A model generated the notes under the pieces. It did not search any database. It was not told the DNA's origin and saw nothing but the letters and a program-made list of their open reading frames with translations. Source: Styela clava (lineage: Eukaryota). From it: a DNA stretch of 64,000 nt. Below, piece by piece: positions 12,801-24,942 of this stretch (positions within the stretch are counted from its first letter, which is position 1; each line of letters begins with the position of its first letter). The position numbers and the translations under genes were made by a program. Where the stretch lies: NCBI RefSeq assembly GCF_964204865.1, contig NC_135259.1:14880001-14944000 (forward strand), read 5' to 3'.

Positions 12801-15800
12801 CATATCCTATATGAAATCAACTATCTTCCTATCGTTCCTATACAGAATAAGTAATGATTTAAGCGAATTTTATTAATTAATAATTACTAATTAATGCATT
12901 ATAAATTACTGATTTTATTTTATAACACAGATGCTGGATGTCCTAGAAATATTTGTTTCATCGAAGGGATACAGATATTTTACAATGCATGGTGGAACAC
13001 CTGTATCATCCAGACAACCACTTGTAAGCAGGTTCAACAAAGTAAGTAAGTTTGCTTTAGCACTCCATGTATTGCATTGATTCAGTTTATGACAAAAGCT
13101 GTGTGAAATATAACTGGTTGTTTGTCATTTTTCTGTGGGGGATATTTTTAATGTGATGGTAGAAGGGACTGTTAATGACTGGCAAGCAATTTTAACCAAA
13201 ATTTATCATTGTTCCAGGACCCTTCACTATTTGTATTTCTGCTCACAACCAGAGTGGGTGGGTTGGGGGTCAATCTCACTGGGGCAAATAGGGTCGTGAT
13301 CTTTGACCCTGACTGGAACCCCAGCACAGATGCTCAAGCACAAGAACGAGCATGGCGCATCGGACAAAAACGTGATGTAACGATTTATCGACTTTTAACA
13401 TCGGGAACAATAGAAGAAAAAATATATCATAGGTAAATTGGTTCTCTGTGAACAACGCTGTGAAAAACAGTTTTGATTAATACTTTCAACCTTTTTAATG
13501 AATTTAGCCATCTCAACATTCTAAATAAAAGAATGTGTTTGAAATGTGTTGGGGAATATCTTACCATTTTCTAACATTGGAAATCTAGCAATTTCTTGCA
13601 CATATGATGATACAATGCCTCTTTCAATTAAAGTAATACAAATAAACTACCGTACATTGAGACGGGGGTTATGATCTTGAGAGAATAACTTCCAACATAA
13701 AAAGTTGTACAATGCATATCATTATACCCTTAAATCTCAGAGTACTTTCAATGATTTCAATAACATACTTTCACTTGTATTTCTGCCTAATTTTAGTCCT
13801 TATATTAATGAATGTTTTATTGTAATTTGGAGTTTTGATTTTGAAATTGAAAAAAATTATTATTTTGCAGGCAAATTTTCAAACAATTTCTGTCGAATCG
13901 TATTTTGAAAGATCCATTACAAAGAAGATTTTTTAAATCAAATGATCTGCATGAATTATTTCTTTTAAAAGATTACGGAGACGAGGAGAAAAGTGATAAG
14001 AAAAAAGGTAATATTAACTACAATGTATCAACGGAAAACAATTTTTTGCTCTCATTTTGGTCCAAATAAGAAATTTGACAATATATATTTGGTCACTTTT
14101 GCTAGAGTACTCTTGCATTATATGGATACAGAAACACATAAAAGGATAAAATCATAGGTGGAAGATAAGTAGTTAGGTATATTTAAATTTTTTCTCTTTG
14201 GTATTTAGTGGGCGCTCTGGAAGTATTCGTACCAAGATGACGCACAGCCTAAAAAAACCCTAACCTGGTACACATACTATGTTCAGGTTGTGCGCCATCT
14301 TGGTACGAATACTTCGGGAGCACTATTTAGTGTACCTTTTAATCTATATTTGCACAATCCATCATTTGTTCCATATTAAAAATCTTCATTTCAGATGGCG
14401 AAACTGCAAATTGCAAGACAGAAACTGCTGCTATTTTTGCTGGAACTGGTTCAGAAGTTCTTCCAAAGAAGAAAAAGATGTTGCAAAAACAAGAAAATAA
14501 CCAATTAATGATCATGGTGAATTCGAAAACAAAATATGCTATTACATCAGGAAAAAGCAAACCAGAATCAAAATTAGCGGATCAAACGAAACTCGACAAA
14601 GAACCGAAACAAGACATGATTTCTATACTACCTCAAAAACCTGCCATTACCTCTGATTATTCAAATGCAAAATCGACTAATTTTGGAATTTATTCCGAAG
14701 AAACAGGTAAAATCACAACTTTGCCTCTTGAAGAAGATATAAAAACAGATGATTTAAAAGATGCAATGAAAGATGGAGAAATTTCTGAAAATAGAAATGG
14801 AAAAACAACTCCTAGTTTCAAAGAATCGTTGATGAAAGCAAAATTAAAGTTTGAAGAAAAGAAAAGGGCTGAGGAACTTGATATTATGACAAAAGAAAAT
14901 AAAAAGTCAAGAAAAAATAAAAGGAAGAGAAAGAAAGCAGGTTAGTATGGTTTTATGGTGAATAATTCTTAATTAAGACGATAAATCGGTGTAGTTCAAG
15001 AAATTTAGGATTTTTACACTTTGACCCCAGTTTTGGATTATTTTTATTAGATTTGAATAAATCATCCACTGGTATTTAACGATGTGTAAGGGGCCATTAT
15101 TTTTTAGGAGGACTGAGATCGTTTCATTTTAACTTTGTCTACTCAATTTATTTCAACGTGGGTGAGATGCCGGTGGAAAATTTTGACTCCTGCAATCAAT
15201 TTTTGACTAAATGAATACTGGAAATATGACCCAACCTAAATCTACAGACTTCAACTTTTATCAGCAGTACTATCATTTATAATATCTCTGCCTTGACATT
15301 TTGTTAACAGAAGTGGACGGGGAAATAGTGAACAATGTTACAGCAGTAGAACAATTCAAATCAAATAATGATTCTGCCGAAGTTATTGAAGAAAAAAGTA
15401 AAAAAGCAACAGATGATTATGTTCTTCGAAGATTGTTTAAGAGGGCAGGTAAGATGTAAATTAAATTAATGTATATGGAGGTCTGTAGTAAAAAACATGC
15501 CCTACACTTCATGTAATAATTGTCAGTGGCCTGTCTACGGTATGGCAGACATGGCTCGTGCCATGGGTGCGGTGCCACTTGGATTGTGGCACAAAAAGAG
15601 CGAAAATTTTTTATCGTAAAATGTTTCAATAAAATAATAACATACAACCATCTCAAGTTAACAACTGTAGCTACGCCACTGATAATAGCAGAAACATCTT
15701 CAGAATATAGTTTTACATGAGGAATTTATTCATTCACACCATACGAGTCTGTGAACCAGTAGACATTTTAATTAAGGAGTTACCATTTTTGGAACAACTT

Positions 15801-18307
15801 ACATCCCTAAGGCCCTTGTTCTCCAAAACATAGCAGTATTTATGGGAGTTTTGTTCACTCCAAACCAGACTGGAGAAAAGTAGCCACTGAGTAGCTTACA
15901 ATCAGAATTTCTCTGGTTCTGCATTTTGTACCCAATTTATTATCATAAAGCTCAGTGGCTTTTAATCTAGAGCGCTCTTCTCAGAGTGAGGGTATGAAAC
16001 ACTCATTTGAAATAGCAGGAACGTGTTATAATTGATGGAATTCTTAACCTCTTACCTAAGACCTTTTTTTGTTTTCGATTATTTAGGTGTACACAGTGCA
16101 TTACAACACAATACAATCATGGATAGTGCTCATCCAGATTTTGCTTTGATTGAAGTGGAAGCTGAAAGGTACGAATATTCAAAGATTCAAATTTCAGAAT
16201 TTGAATTATTGGAATTACTGCCATAGTCCTCAAATTTTGCTGTTTAATTTTCATAGTATTCATGATTTTTCTATAACTATATCTATTTAGGTATTCAAAA
16301 GGCATTACCCTGACAAATAAAAGTAATTTTTCTGTTTCAGAGTGGCAAAAGAATCTGTGCGAAACCTACGTTTATCAAGAAGGCAATATCAGTTTCCTAC
16401 TGGAAGGCAATCACCTAATACAACAAAGTAAGATTTTATTATGAATTTGGGAGTTATTGATATTTGAAAACGGTGTTAGTATTAAATAATAAGCTGACTT
16501 GAACAACAATATTCCATTCTTTGTCTGAATTTGATATATATCAAATTTTGTGATGTGAATTTTAGCTTATCATTCAATTTCGATTTATTTTATAAGATTA
16601 AACAACCACAATGAAATACCCTACAATGAGCAAACTACTTTTTTTTTCAGGTTGAGATTTGGTAAGAAGCCATCTTCAACGACTAAAAGAAAGATGGAAA
16701 AAGATGACAGTTCTGTTGTCAAACTCGAGAAAGAAAAAAATAAAATATTCAAAGCTTCTCACATCAAACCTGAGTCAAAAGATGGTAAGATTTTTTATTT
16801 AAGGTTAGAATCAACATGTCAAATTAATATAGAAACTAGGGCGCTCCAGAAGTGTATGTACCAATAATGAGGTAACTAATTTTGTTTGCCTACTTCATAC
16901 ATCAATTTGTATAAAGGGACTGGTATATATGGATATATATTTATAATATATGGGTATATATAAATAAAAGTCCACAATCACGATTTTTGGATAGATTATT
17001 TCGGTTTTAGCATTCCATGCATGACTGATTTGGTTTATGACAAAAGCTCTGTAAAATATAGATGGTTGTTAGTCATCTTTTTATTGGGGAATTATTCTCT
17101 TACACAATATACTAAAAAATTACAAAATACTTTTCAAAATTATAAAAAAAAAAATCTTTGTAGATAAATCAGATTCCGAAAGTGAATCAGGTTCAAGCAA
17201 AAGTAATTCTCCTGCTCCTTTATCTGCTTCTCAACTATTACTATCGATGAGAAGACGAAATCATGATGAAATTCACAAACAAGAAGCATTTGATACTGCT
17301 CAACAAAATGAGGAGAACGAGATGTTTGGATTCACTATTTCTCAAACATCCGGTAAAATCCGTTGTGTATTTTCAAAAATCAATTGGTTTATACACAAAT
17401 TCGTTATCTGTTTGTACCCACTGGTTACCTAGGCTTTATGGGAGCTCCATATTCTTTATTTTTCTGAGCATACCTTAGCATCATGGTTCAGTCGTTCATT
17501 AACCATAGTTATCTAAAGCTCAAGTTGTTGCCGTAAAATACCAAATACAAGTTCGTTCATAATAAAGAAATTTTGCTGATAAATGAGTGGGTGTAATTGT
17601 TGTTGCTATTGTTGTATTAGGTATTGCTCCATTTTATTTGTAGTTGGCAGCTATGCTTTCAGCAGTGGTATTTAAATATAATTTTGAAATTTGGTTACAC
17701 AACTCTCAGGCGTTTAATTATGATTCACTTTTTTTATGTATCTCGCTTATACATGGCACGTGAATATAGCACATCTTTTACAGTTCATGGTTGGAAACCA
17801 GTCAAATTTTTGTTTTGTCGATAAAATTTCCAACAGTCTATTTGTATATTTAGGTTTGGATGGCTGTACCCAGAATCCAACAGAACATGATGAAATTTTG
17901 GATGATTTAAGAAATGTTATTGCATTCCAGTGTGAGGTAGGATACATTTATATTTCATGTTGTAAGTTTGTCGTGACCATGCATTCGGCCTTAAAATATA
18001 TGTATGGGTTAATTTGGCCAGAAAACTTAGTCTAAATTCATCAAACGTATGTTATCATACATAAATAATACTCATGCAACTTGCTAAGATATATTTCTCT
18101 AATTAGGAATTACCTCTCCAATGTCAACTGTTTTTTGTTTAGGTTGATGGTCAAGCAAGAACATCAGAAATCATGTCATATTTTGGTGATAGAGTAGATC
18201 CAGAACATGCTGCTGTTTTCAAATCAATATTGAAAGAACTTTGCACTTCAGAAGATTCCAGAGACACAAATGAAAAAATATGGACGCTGAAACCTGAATT
18301 TAGATAA
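3838..18307 (+). CDS. ERCC6: DNA excision repair protein ERCC6/CSB (SNF2-family ATPase), ~1428 aa, 26 exons
   Basis: Phase-consistent exons 3838-3870, 4823-4979, 5199-5298, 5681-5822, 6064-6151, 6681-6995, 7337-7435, 7882-7977, 8169-8292, 8545-8712, 9238-9535, 10074-10244, 10650-10826, 11251-11463, 12145-12363, 12931-13041, 13218-13432, 13871-14007, 14395-14940, 15311-15448, 16087-16168, 16341-16427, 16651-16784, 17164-17352, 17854-17936, 18143-18307. Motifs [50 protein letters not shown]; CSB-specific [36 protein letters not shown] and C-terminal WTLKPEF. Confidence 0.95.
4191..4620. mobile_element. Degenerate DNA-transposon-derived sequence in ERCC6 intron 1
   Basis: hAT/Charlie-like start CAGGGGTTCTAAAC and an internal inverted repeat AAAAATTACGTCA / TGACGTAATTTTT (~4347 / ~4575). 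CpG-rich; boundaries uncertain. Confidence 0.4.
10854..10965 (+). mobile_element. tRNA-derived SINE head (family B)
   Basis: A-box-like TGCCTAGTGG and B-box GGTTCAAATCC. Shares GAAGCGTTAG..GACTAT.ATGG.ATT.CAGG..GGGTTCAA..TCTCA.CCAGG..TGTAATAAA with the reverse-strand copy at ~35290-35390. Confidence 0.6.
11541..11665 (+). repeat. Degenerate ~15-bp minisatellite (GGGTGCAAATGTCC-like units)
   Basis: Repeated GGGTTCAAACGTCC / GGGTGCAAATGTCA / GGGTGCAAAAGTAT / AGGTGCAAATGTCC / GGGTGCAGTT in an ERCC6 intron. Confidence 0.6.
12620..12845. mobile_element. Rearranged SINE (family A): inverted head segment joined to a sense 3' segment
   Basis: ~12630-12695 is the reverse complement of the head of the 23851 SINE. 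~12696-12810 matches its 3' part (GGACGAGAG.CC..GGTT..CAT...TAAGCC.TCTTAT; tail ATATGAAAATCATATCCTAT). Confidence 0.6.
13057..13142 (+). repeat. ~85-bp hairpin-forming intronic repeat, copy 1
   Basis: Similar to 17007-17090. Internal stem ATGACAAAAGC...GTTGTTTGTCAT. Confidence 0.7.
14211..14324. mobile_element. Short Merlin-like MITE (114 bp)
   Basis: Ends GGCGCTCTGGAAGTATTCGTACCAAGATG...CATCTTGGTACGAATACTTCGGGAGCACT with a perfect 8-bp TSD ATTTAGTG. Contains CCCTAACC. Confidence 0.85.
15524..15681. mobile_element. hAT-like MITE
   Basis: TIR CAGTGGC...GCCACTG; imperfect 8-bp flanks ATAATTGT / ATAATAGC. Confidence 0.6.
16840..16980. mobile_element. Truncated Merlin-like MITE
   Basis: GGCGCTCCAGAAGTGTATGTACCAATA... 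is the reverse complement of the right part (~2340-2435) of the element at 2220. Confidence 0.65.
17007..17090 (+). repeat. ~85-bp hairpin-forming intronic repeat, copy 2
   Basis: Similar to 13057-13142. Stem ATGACAAAAGC...GTTGTTAGTCAT. Confidence 0.7.
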
Positions 18308-20695
18308 TGTGTTCAATTCCACTAGCTAATCTTCTGCTGTTGAGATTATAATTCAGTACAATTATTATGCAAAAAAAATGTGTGCCCTCAATCATGTTGG
18401 ATAAATATATATCACAGTAGATGTTGCTCCTTGGGTAACCCTTTGATTGGAGCAAAGATATAAGGTGCCTCATAATTGTTTTTTCAGAGGTCTACCATAA
18501 ATATTTTTTGACTGAGTTTCGGTAGGCATATATATATATATATATTATATGATTAGAACATCCAGTGGTAATCATTCACAGCCAACATGCCTTGAATAAG
18601 ATCTGGGCTAGGGTTATGACATGTTTAAAAACCACTGCTGCAAATGAATTCATAATCTTTCTGTGTAGCTATCTATTGGCTGGCCATAACTTTGCTGATA
18701 GTTTTCTAGGATTTACGAAATCTATTTTATTATAAATACTTTTTCTTAGTTTATTCAAATTGTGTGAAAACTGAAAAAAAAAAAAAAATTTGACGATTGT
18801 ACTATCAACCTAACCCCCGACTCTTTTACTTATGAGTGAGCATGATAGCAAATTTGTTTCGCTGCCATAAAAAAACAAATAAATCCTTCCTGAAACTATA
18901 TCTGTGGGCATAGTAATACATAAACCTTGCCAAATTAGGATGTGAAAACAAATTTTTTGTTTAATAAGACCTCAACCTAATCTACCATCATACCAAATGT
19001 GCCATTTTATGAACTAGCAACATCAAATCATGTAAACGATCAAGACCTCGCTTCTGACTATTTTTAATTCTTTTGACGTTTTTAATTTTGTTTTAATCTT
19101 CCATTTGTCGAATAATTCCAGTATTTTTAAATCGGCTGAGCTGAAGAGTATGTTATTTTTATCCGTGTGGCATCAAGATTTTTCTTGAATGTTAGTAGTC
19201 ATGAAAAAGACTAGTCAGTGTATGCTAAGTTCCTTTATCAGTTTTATAATTTTCACTGCTGCTATTTCTAATCTGGCAATCACTGTGAAAAGAATTAATT
19301 TCTAACTTTGTATGTTATATTTGATAGCCAATAGCGAGAAAAGGTACTGTAATTTGAGGAATCAAAAAAAGTAACAGTATTTCGCATTATTGTATCATAT
19401 AAAGAATACTCTGATAAATGCCTCCTCTCCAAAACGCACTCATGTTGTAGCCCAGGATAGGAAAGACGATAAGACGTAATATTCATATGGCGAACCACGG
19501 CCAGTGACGGGATTTGTACTACAGCACTGGTTCTAGAGTTCCTGAATAGTTTTTCATACAAACTTTGAACTCTATTGACTGAACGAATACCAGAAAATGT
19601 TAATTAATGTTTTTTAAGACAAAATAAGTCGCACTATCAAATATATCTTATCAAACTGTAAGAAAATAAGTCAACCACAGTTGCAACGGAGAGCGTAATG
19701 TTAACTCGACCAGAGTTGGGAAAGGGAGAGACCATTAACGGAAAATCCAAGAGGAGACTTTGCGTTACCTAATACCGAGTGAGACTTGAGACTTCGGATT
19801 TGGGGACTTTTATGAAACACTGTTTTTTTCGAGATTTAATCTAGAATTAACTAGGAGTCATAGAGATTAAAAGAATATTCAAAAAAGTTTATACCTAATT
19901 ATTATCTTTTTACAAAATCTTCAAAAAATATCTCTAACTAAGACAACTTTTATCAGCATTCAAAAGAAGTTTACAAACTCTTTCAGAAACATGACTGCAC
20001 ACATAGCATAGAAGCAATTACGAATGTTATTCAATCTTCTCATGGAAAGTATACACTATGGTTGTGGTGAGAAAGAAGTCGAACACGTCAGAAAAAAAAA
20101 AGACTTCAAACACTGTGGACGGAGGGACATTTACAACAAATCTTTGGATGTTGGGATAGACATGAAAAGTTTATAACATACACTTTTGCTCCAAATTTAT
20201 TCATAAAATCTAAACACAACCCAATTAAAAGCTTCATAAAATTTATTATTTCAATAGTAACATAAATGTTGCTCTTACATAAGCCTTTCAGAAGAAATAA
20301 AGATTCATACCATGAGATGTCATTTTGTATCTTTCATAACTTGTGAATTTCAATAATGAATATGTTAAGCGTGAAAATGAGATAGTGAATCAAGGTCCAC
20401 AGTTCTATTCTTTGATTTATCAGGGTCAATGAAGAATGGCATTTCTTGGTGGCATTTCAAGAACTGTGCCTTGAGTACTTTTCAATTGCTGAATACTAAC
20501 TTGCCTAGTCCTAATGGAAAAATATTCTTGTGATGCGTTGTTCGCATACACATCATTTAGAAACAAAATGAAACATTGGACTCTCCGAAGAGCTGCAAAA
20601 AAACAATAATTGATAGCGAGCGTATGAACAACCCTGAACTCAATCCAGCAAAAGCAAGTTATTGATAATTAAAACAACAAGAGACAGAAAAAAGT

Positions 20696-23600
20696 TTAGT
20701 CCAAGTCTTCAACAGTCATGGCTTGTTGAGAAGTTTTTGTACTTGTTGATGAAGAACTTCCTCCATTTAATAAATTATCACCACCTTCCTTGTCTCCATC
20801 CATAAGACCTTGAAAAAGGTTACCTGAAAACAAAAAATTTATGTTGTCAAATCCCAGGTCTATCACATCACCCACCGGTACGCAGTCTTCACAACTTCAC
20901 CTGACCACCAAAAAGAAAGCAACCAACGCAGAAAGGCGCGCAATTTTCAATTTTGATGACATCACACACAAAAAAACAATCCCACGGAGCCCACAAAATT
21001 TATAAAATAAATAAAAGTACTAGCCTTCTAGCCACAAATTCGATCTCAAACCATTGAAAATTTAATAGCAATTGGTTTAGAAGTTGTGATTTTCACAATA
21101 AGAAGAAAATAAATACTAACAACGAGTCAACGACATAACAAAACGATTCATAGGTACACTTCGTGGGTCCGATAAAAAATATTAAAATGGGTTGCAGTTA
21201 CATGGAATGTGGAAGCGAAATTTTCCAGTAGTACTGAAATCGAATCTGAGTAATGATTCAGAATTTCTTACCCCCTGCAATAGCGAGTCTGAATTTCAAC
21301 CAAAAAATAAAAATACCCAGAAAAGCCTTGGCAAAAATTAATTAAAGCTGAGAGTATAACTGAGACACGGTAATCATATAGCAAACAATTGCTTCTTGTG
21401 CAGCTATCTCTAGGGTTTGAGTAAAAAAAAAATTTTGTAGTTGATCATCCAGATGCATGGAAATAGGCAACTTCAATTAAGAAAATTCTGTTTACTTATA
21501 GAAGACCAAATGGCGCTCATATGCATATGCCTAAGGTTGAACATCTCTGCTCTAGATAGAACCAGTTCCAAAGTTTAAAAGAACTGTAAAGAAAACTCTA
21601 CATACCCATCAAACCTTGGGGTCTCTTCTGCTTCTTAGGTAATTTGACTCCAAAGAAATTCTCCCCTATCCTTTCTAAATACTGAAACGTAAACAGAACA
21701 ATAAAGAATATTAGAATGAGGCTACGAGCATTCATATTAAATTTGGACAAAATTAAAACAAACCTGAAAATAAGTGGGATCTCTGTTCAGTGATGTTTGA
21801 TATTTGTCACAAAGAGTAGTGAATGTAACCAGCTTCTGACTGTAAAAATATACGGATAAAAATTCATAGAAACCCAATACAGAAAATTTTTCGTCTAATA
21901 AAGTCTAAAGGTACGAGTAACCTGTTCAACAGGTTATGGTAGCGGTTGTCAACCTTTTTTGACACATTCCTCCCTTTTAAGCTCGTCATCGACCGTCCTA
22001 CTAATAATAAAAACTATCTTTGCATTTGTGATTCAATATTCAACTGAACATTTGCTTGTGATACTTGCAACTTGTACTCTGACTCCTGTACTTATTGAAT
22101 AGTTGTATATGGAATGCAAAAATACTGATAGTAGGCTAACGCCTAACGGTTACTAAATTATTTAATTAGGCAATTATTTAATAATTAAATTATTCATTAA
22201 TATCTGCTAACTCAAGCTACAGCTGCTGAAATATGAACCGATGTGAAACTACGAACAAAAACTAACGACTTACGTTTCAACAGCTGAGAGAAGAAAAAAT
22301 AAGAAATTAAGAAGAGGAATCGTGAATGGCCATTTCTTTCCACATCTCGGATGTTTCTCTGTGTATGTATTAAACGCATCACTAGCTGGTTGTTTCGCTT
22401 GAATGCACAATAACCTGTTTTAAATATAACTTTTAATAAAGAAGGAGAATAGTCGTTTTATTTTGAAATAAATTTAGCTTGAGCGAAAAATTAAAATTTG
22501 AGTAAAAAACAAGTAAAATACATTATATCTCACTGTAAAACGAATTGTGCTATAAAAAGATCATCTTCTTCTTTCTTCCCATGCTGGACTGAGAATTCAA
22601 CTAACATTTCACCAGATCCTACTCCATCATTTGAATATAAGAAATGCTGTCTGGCTTCGCCATACAATTTTTCTATAAATAGAAATAAAAATAGATTTTC
22701 TTACTCAGTATTGAACGGAAGATTACTTACTAAAAACTAGAGTAAAGAAAAAGGTTGTAAATTGTAATAATACTATTTTATACACAAGTTTCCATAAAGA
22801 AATATATCATGCCTTCAGCTGGAAGTTAGGATTCACATATTTATCCTGGTGGAAAGGAAAGGATTAGACGGCTTAATCATAGGGTGAACCATGGCTTCAC
22901 GTCCAGTTACCAGTCCATGTCGGGTAAGGGGTTTAGGTATTCAGTTGTTTGTTTTCAGATGCATGGACTTGATGGTGGAGGAAGACGTAAGCCGTAACCG
23001 ATGATTACTTGAACCTCCTTCTCGGCTCTCGCACATAATTATCCCCCACAAAATTCGAACGAGCAAACAAAAGTGGAGTAATCAGAAGTGGGGTATAATA
23101 GAAAGAATAGCATTATGCAAGTATTACTGATGCGCTATGAGCTATGTAATAAAAATAGCAGATGGCAGTTGACAAAATACTAGTAACATTTTTGGTCAAT
23201 ACTACATTAACGATATATGTGCGTAAAAAATACGAATTACCTTTCCATAGATTATGAGCAAACGCATGCCTTATTTTTGCATGGCCTGTTTTAGGAACAC
23301 CATCAGTATGTGTTGACCATGTAATCGCTTTCACTTCAAAATTTGATAACTGTGGATGAGATACACCAATGTTCTTATGAAGATTCCCGATTGTTACTGC
23401 AAAACGAGAAGTTTGTTAACTAATATAGCATATCAGTAATGAATGAAAAAACCTTTACAAATTGCATATTTTTTTTTAATTTGAATCCCTTTCAACACAA
23501 CTGCAAATTATTTTCTGCATTTTTGTGTTCAAAGAATTATGATGATATATCTATAGTTCAAATCCCAAAGCCCCCACTCCACCCAAGGTGTCTATGTAAG

Positions 23601-24942
23601 AAATGCTGAATTGCGAAAATTTCGAAAAGATTCCGGTCCTTCTGAATTATATCATTGGTTGCTGGTATAAGGTCATGTTTGAAGCAAAAGGCGTGAATGA
23701 GCGCCTGATTGAAAAAAATCTCGGGTAATTCACAAATCCTCGAGTAAAATAAAACATGGAATCAAACTAGCTATAACCCCTGACACAGCTCCAAGTAAAG
23801 ATGCCTATACCCAAATAATTTTCTGTTCTGTCAAACTAAATAAACGATACGCGGCGGTGTGGCTCAACGGGCTAAGCGTTAGGAATACGCTCGCCACCGC
23901 ACCTCTAATTACTCTGCGTGGGTTCGCAGGTTCGAATCCCATGCAGGGATGGTTATGTGCGTTGGGTGGTTCACGTAACCGCTGGTTGGTTACGGCTTCC
24001 TCCACCACCAAGTCCATGCTTCCGAAAACAAACAATACAGTAAAACTAATCCCATACCCGACTTGGAATGGTAACCGGACGAGAGGCCGTGGTTCGCCAT
24101 ATGGATAAGCCGTCTTATCGGGTTTCTTCTCCTTGGGATAAATATGTAAATCCTATTCCTATCCTATGTGATAATAATTACCAATCAGCTCTTCAGTCAC
24201 TGGAGCTTTAGCGGATTCCAACGAATCTAATAGAAGCAAGGATAAATCAACTCCACTGCCACTCTGTAAATTTTAAAAACAGTCATAAACGACAAACATT
24301 ATTGAACCGCAACAAGAACGCTTCGTCACACTTTGACATACTCCTGATAACCTGAATGGCACAAAAGTGATTTTGACAATGATAATAATGTTTTCTTACC
24401 TCATTCTTCGAAAAGAACAAAAAAGCCCCAGCTTGCATTAAATTCTGAACTTCTTTATGCCTGTTTTGCGCCATATATCTGAAAAATAGTTATGATAATT
24501 ATACTTTCTAATAACCACACTTTCTCGATATCAACATCTTGATTTCGACACTTATGATGTACTATGGTGCATGAATGTTTTATAACATGTAGCAAAAATA
24601 ATAGTAAAACAAATACTGAAACTGTGAAAGATAGAAAATGAAAAAACATTGTCTAAATTCAGAGTTAGAATGTTAGATGAATTCATATACCGTTTTGTCT
24701 GCAGGGTCTGCCAAAAATAGTTAAAACCCTGTAACCTAATACTACAATATCTGAATATAGACTACAGATATAATAACTGACAAACATTGCGTTTGAGAAT
24801 TTAGAAAATAAAACCACATTCACCTGGAAAAAAGAGTTCTGTACATCTGATGAGCTTCATAGTAATTTCCATTTTGAATACTTGCTTCCAACTTTTTTTC
24901 AACGCGGCCCACTCCCCCTCGTCCCCCAGTATGGGATGCCAT
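20696..24942 (-). CDS. GET4: Golgi to ER traffic protein 4 (TRC35), ~331 aa, 9 exons
   Basis: Exons 24824-24942, 24400-24478, 24182-24263, 23241-23396, 22534-22672, 22274-22414, 21764-21839, 21606-21681, 20696-20823, all phase-consistent. Translation includes [72 protein letters not shown]. Confidence 0.93.
20850..21175 (+). repeat. Dispersed repeat with 3' hairpin (copy 1; copy 2 at ~39955-40185)
   Basis: Shared blocks CATCACACACAAAA, AGCAATTGGT.TAG and ATAACAAA.CGAT.CAT.GGT.CACTT.GTG. Confidence 0.55.
22827..23092 (-). mobile_element. tRNA-derived SINE (family A), reverse orientation, 5'-degenerate
   Basis: Reverse complement matches ~23900-24155 (TTACGGCTT, TCCTCCACCA.CAAGTCCATGC, GGATAAATATGT.AATCCTA). 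Confidence 0.8.
23851..24167 (+). mobile_element. Full-length tRNA-derived SINE (family A)
   Basis: Pol III A-box TGGCTCAACGGG and B-box GGTTCGAATCC, followed by a ~200-bp non-tRNA body and a (CCTAT)n-like tail. Other copies or fragments at 12620, 22827 and ~26730. Confidence 0.85.

Noticed and set aside
13089-13128. SECIS element
   Set aside because: ATGA pairs with TCAT instead of forming the GA/AG quartet, the location is intronic, and no in-frame TGA occurs in the reconstructed genes.
3838-18307. piggyBac (PGBD3-like) exon trap in ERCC6, as in primates
   Set aside because: No intron is long enough, and no transposase ORF is present.
23851-23950. tRNA gene
   Set aside because: A and B boxes are present, but there is no proper acceptor/anticodon cloverleaf. 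The sequence continues into a repeated body with a simple-repeat tail, so it is a SINE.
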